DNA of 63,885 bases, filler included, from Circinaria calcarea (Eukaryota): assembly GCA_051942165.1 (NCBI GenBank). It is 42 parts of 42 records of this genome, joined end to end, with 100 filler letters (N's around TTAATTAATTAA, not from the genome) between each part and the next. Parts side by side here need not be neighbours in the genome. Positions count along the whole stretch, not along the records: positions 62,479 to 63,885 come from JAVECS010004763.1; 41 more parts are not named here. One strand, 5' to 3'. Of this stretch, positions 62,379-63,885 are shown one piece after another. The first letter of the stretch is position 1. Each line of letters begins with the position of its first letter. The notes beneath the pieces were generated by a model that was given only the letters and a program-made list of their open reading frames with translations, was not told where the DNA came from and did not search any database. The position numbers and the translations under genes are program-made.

Positions 62379-63885
62379 NNNNNNNNNNNNNNNNNNNNNN
62401 NNNNNNNNNNNNNNNNNNNNNNTTAATTAATTAANNNNNNNNNNNNNNNNNNNNNNNNNNNNNNNNNNNNNNNNNNNNGTGGCTTGCAAGTGGAAAATAT
62501 ATATAAATGAACGGATGGTCTGACAAGCAGAGCACAGACTAGATCGACGACACTGAAAGAAGGGAGTGTACAGAACTCGAAGCAGAAGGACGGAAGGCAG
62601 AGGGACAAGGCAGGCATATAGGTAACTCAGGGGGCGGATTGATATCCTGGATAGTGAGATGCCGCCATGACAGCGCAATCAGGCGCTCCGCCAAGGACCA
62701 CGGAGATGGACGGGCGGTGGTCGCACGACTGGACGTCCCGCTCTCGGTGTGGCTACTCTGAGGTTTTCGGAACCTTGAAGCCTGAGGACGGGATATCCTG
62801 CGACGAGTCGATGGCATTTATCTCCACATTATGACTTGTCCTACTGTATGCGACGCACGGGATTGCCCCGGACGCCCGCACAGTAGGGAGATTGAAGTCT
62901 CGGGGATGAGACGATCGAGCCATTGCAGTGTGGATGCCACTGGATGGTGAAGCGCTGAGATGGACTATTTTGTTTCATCATCTTTCTCCTGCAATTACAG
63001 TGCTGCGGGGATGAAGGAGGAGTGGAGGGATCAGATGAAAGGAGGACGACTAAGGTCCCCGACTATTCGCCGAGGGAGTCCATTACGTAAAAGCAAAGCA
63101 CACCATCGGGTCCCGGTAAGAAATTCGGCCCACTCCCCAATAAGACCTAATCGACTAAAAAGAAGTGCAATTTGCCATTCCTCGTACCACCCCCTATTAC
63201 TTTCGTCGTCAAGTCAGAGGAAACTTGCATGAAAATTATAAAAAGGGCTGCTAACCACCTTGAGTTAAAATCGCTGATACTGTAACTTTAACAGACCACC
63301 AATACATTCGATCACGTACAAAGTGCACGTTATGCACAACTATCAAGGTAGAAAATGGCGATTCGCTTACCTACCTTGAGGTAGTCAGCATAAAACGCTC
63401 TGATCCTGCAAGCGCCCTAAACAGTCACCTGAGTTCCGCTTTCCCCAGACATTCAAACATACCTATACTTACCCACCTAGCCATCACTGCACGCTCAGAC
63501 TCTGCAAGCTCCCAATCGCTCAACCTTCAATTGCGCATCGTAACCGTCTTTCTCAACCCCGCACACTCCCACCCTCCTACATTCTTCCGCCGAGACAGAT
63601 CTTGTGGGGATTGATGTTTGTCTAGGGTTTCTCTATTTTTCTGCGTCTGCGGAGTGCGCTTTCTGGAATTGGGTTTCCGAGTAGATGTGAGGAAGTGAGA
63701 GTGACTAGGATGGGGGGATAGATAGAAGGTAGACACTGTGGGGAAAGGGGTGTGGACGGAAGGTATAGCTTGTATTAATTTGAGCCGTCACTTCTGAACA
63801 TGTTCAGGATGCTACATCTTTGAGCATAAGCCATCCAACCAAGAGAGCCCATTTTTTCCCTTGCCCGCAACTACCACGACCTACC

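Noticed and set aside
62539..62817. 92-aa minus-strand ORF
   Set aside because: Low complexity and no homology recognisable. Left uncalled.

Overview
This window is not a continuous locus. It is 42 unrelated short contigs (1437 down to ~1407 bp, sorted by decreasing length) joined by an artificial 100-bp spacer (N44-TTAATTAATTAA-N44, stops in all six frames), so adjacency across spacers is meaningless and most genes are truncated. The DNA is from a filamentous ascomycete (GT-AG introns with CTRAY branch sites, RIP-type C>T/G>A damage). A lichen-forming fungus is plausible but is only inference. Recognisable gene fragments: DBP7, ASA1, AMS1, PMA1, ACL1, MET3, MIA40, BNA6, SDH2, SPF30, a class II G-alpha, Cut12, SFK1-like, a UBX protein, GH63-like, ABC-A, MFS, ALDH, epoxide hydrolase, SDR, tyrosine phosphatase, carboxylesterase, 2OG-Fe(II) oxygenase, M61-like peptidase, a PNP_UDP NLR N-terminus, a GLEYA adhesin and an atypical kinase. 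Mobile DNA: an intact Copia RT, two LTR families (one solo LTR with a perfect 5-bp TSD), and probable Helitron and PIF/Harbinger ends. The most interesting observations are (1) a G-alpha-fold protein with all visible GTPase motifs degenerate, (2) a ~110-150 bp non-coding element shared by two unrelated contigs, (3) a P450 frameshifted by an 8-bp duplication and carrying RIP-like damage, (4) a possible in-frame cassette exon in a long BNA6 intron, and (5) a RIP-killed gene facing an intact atypical kinase. No complete multi-gene system can be demonstrated on contigs this short.
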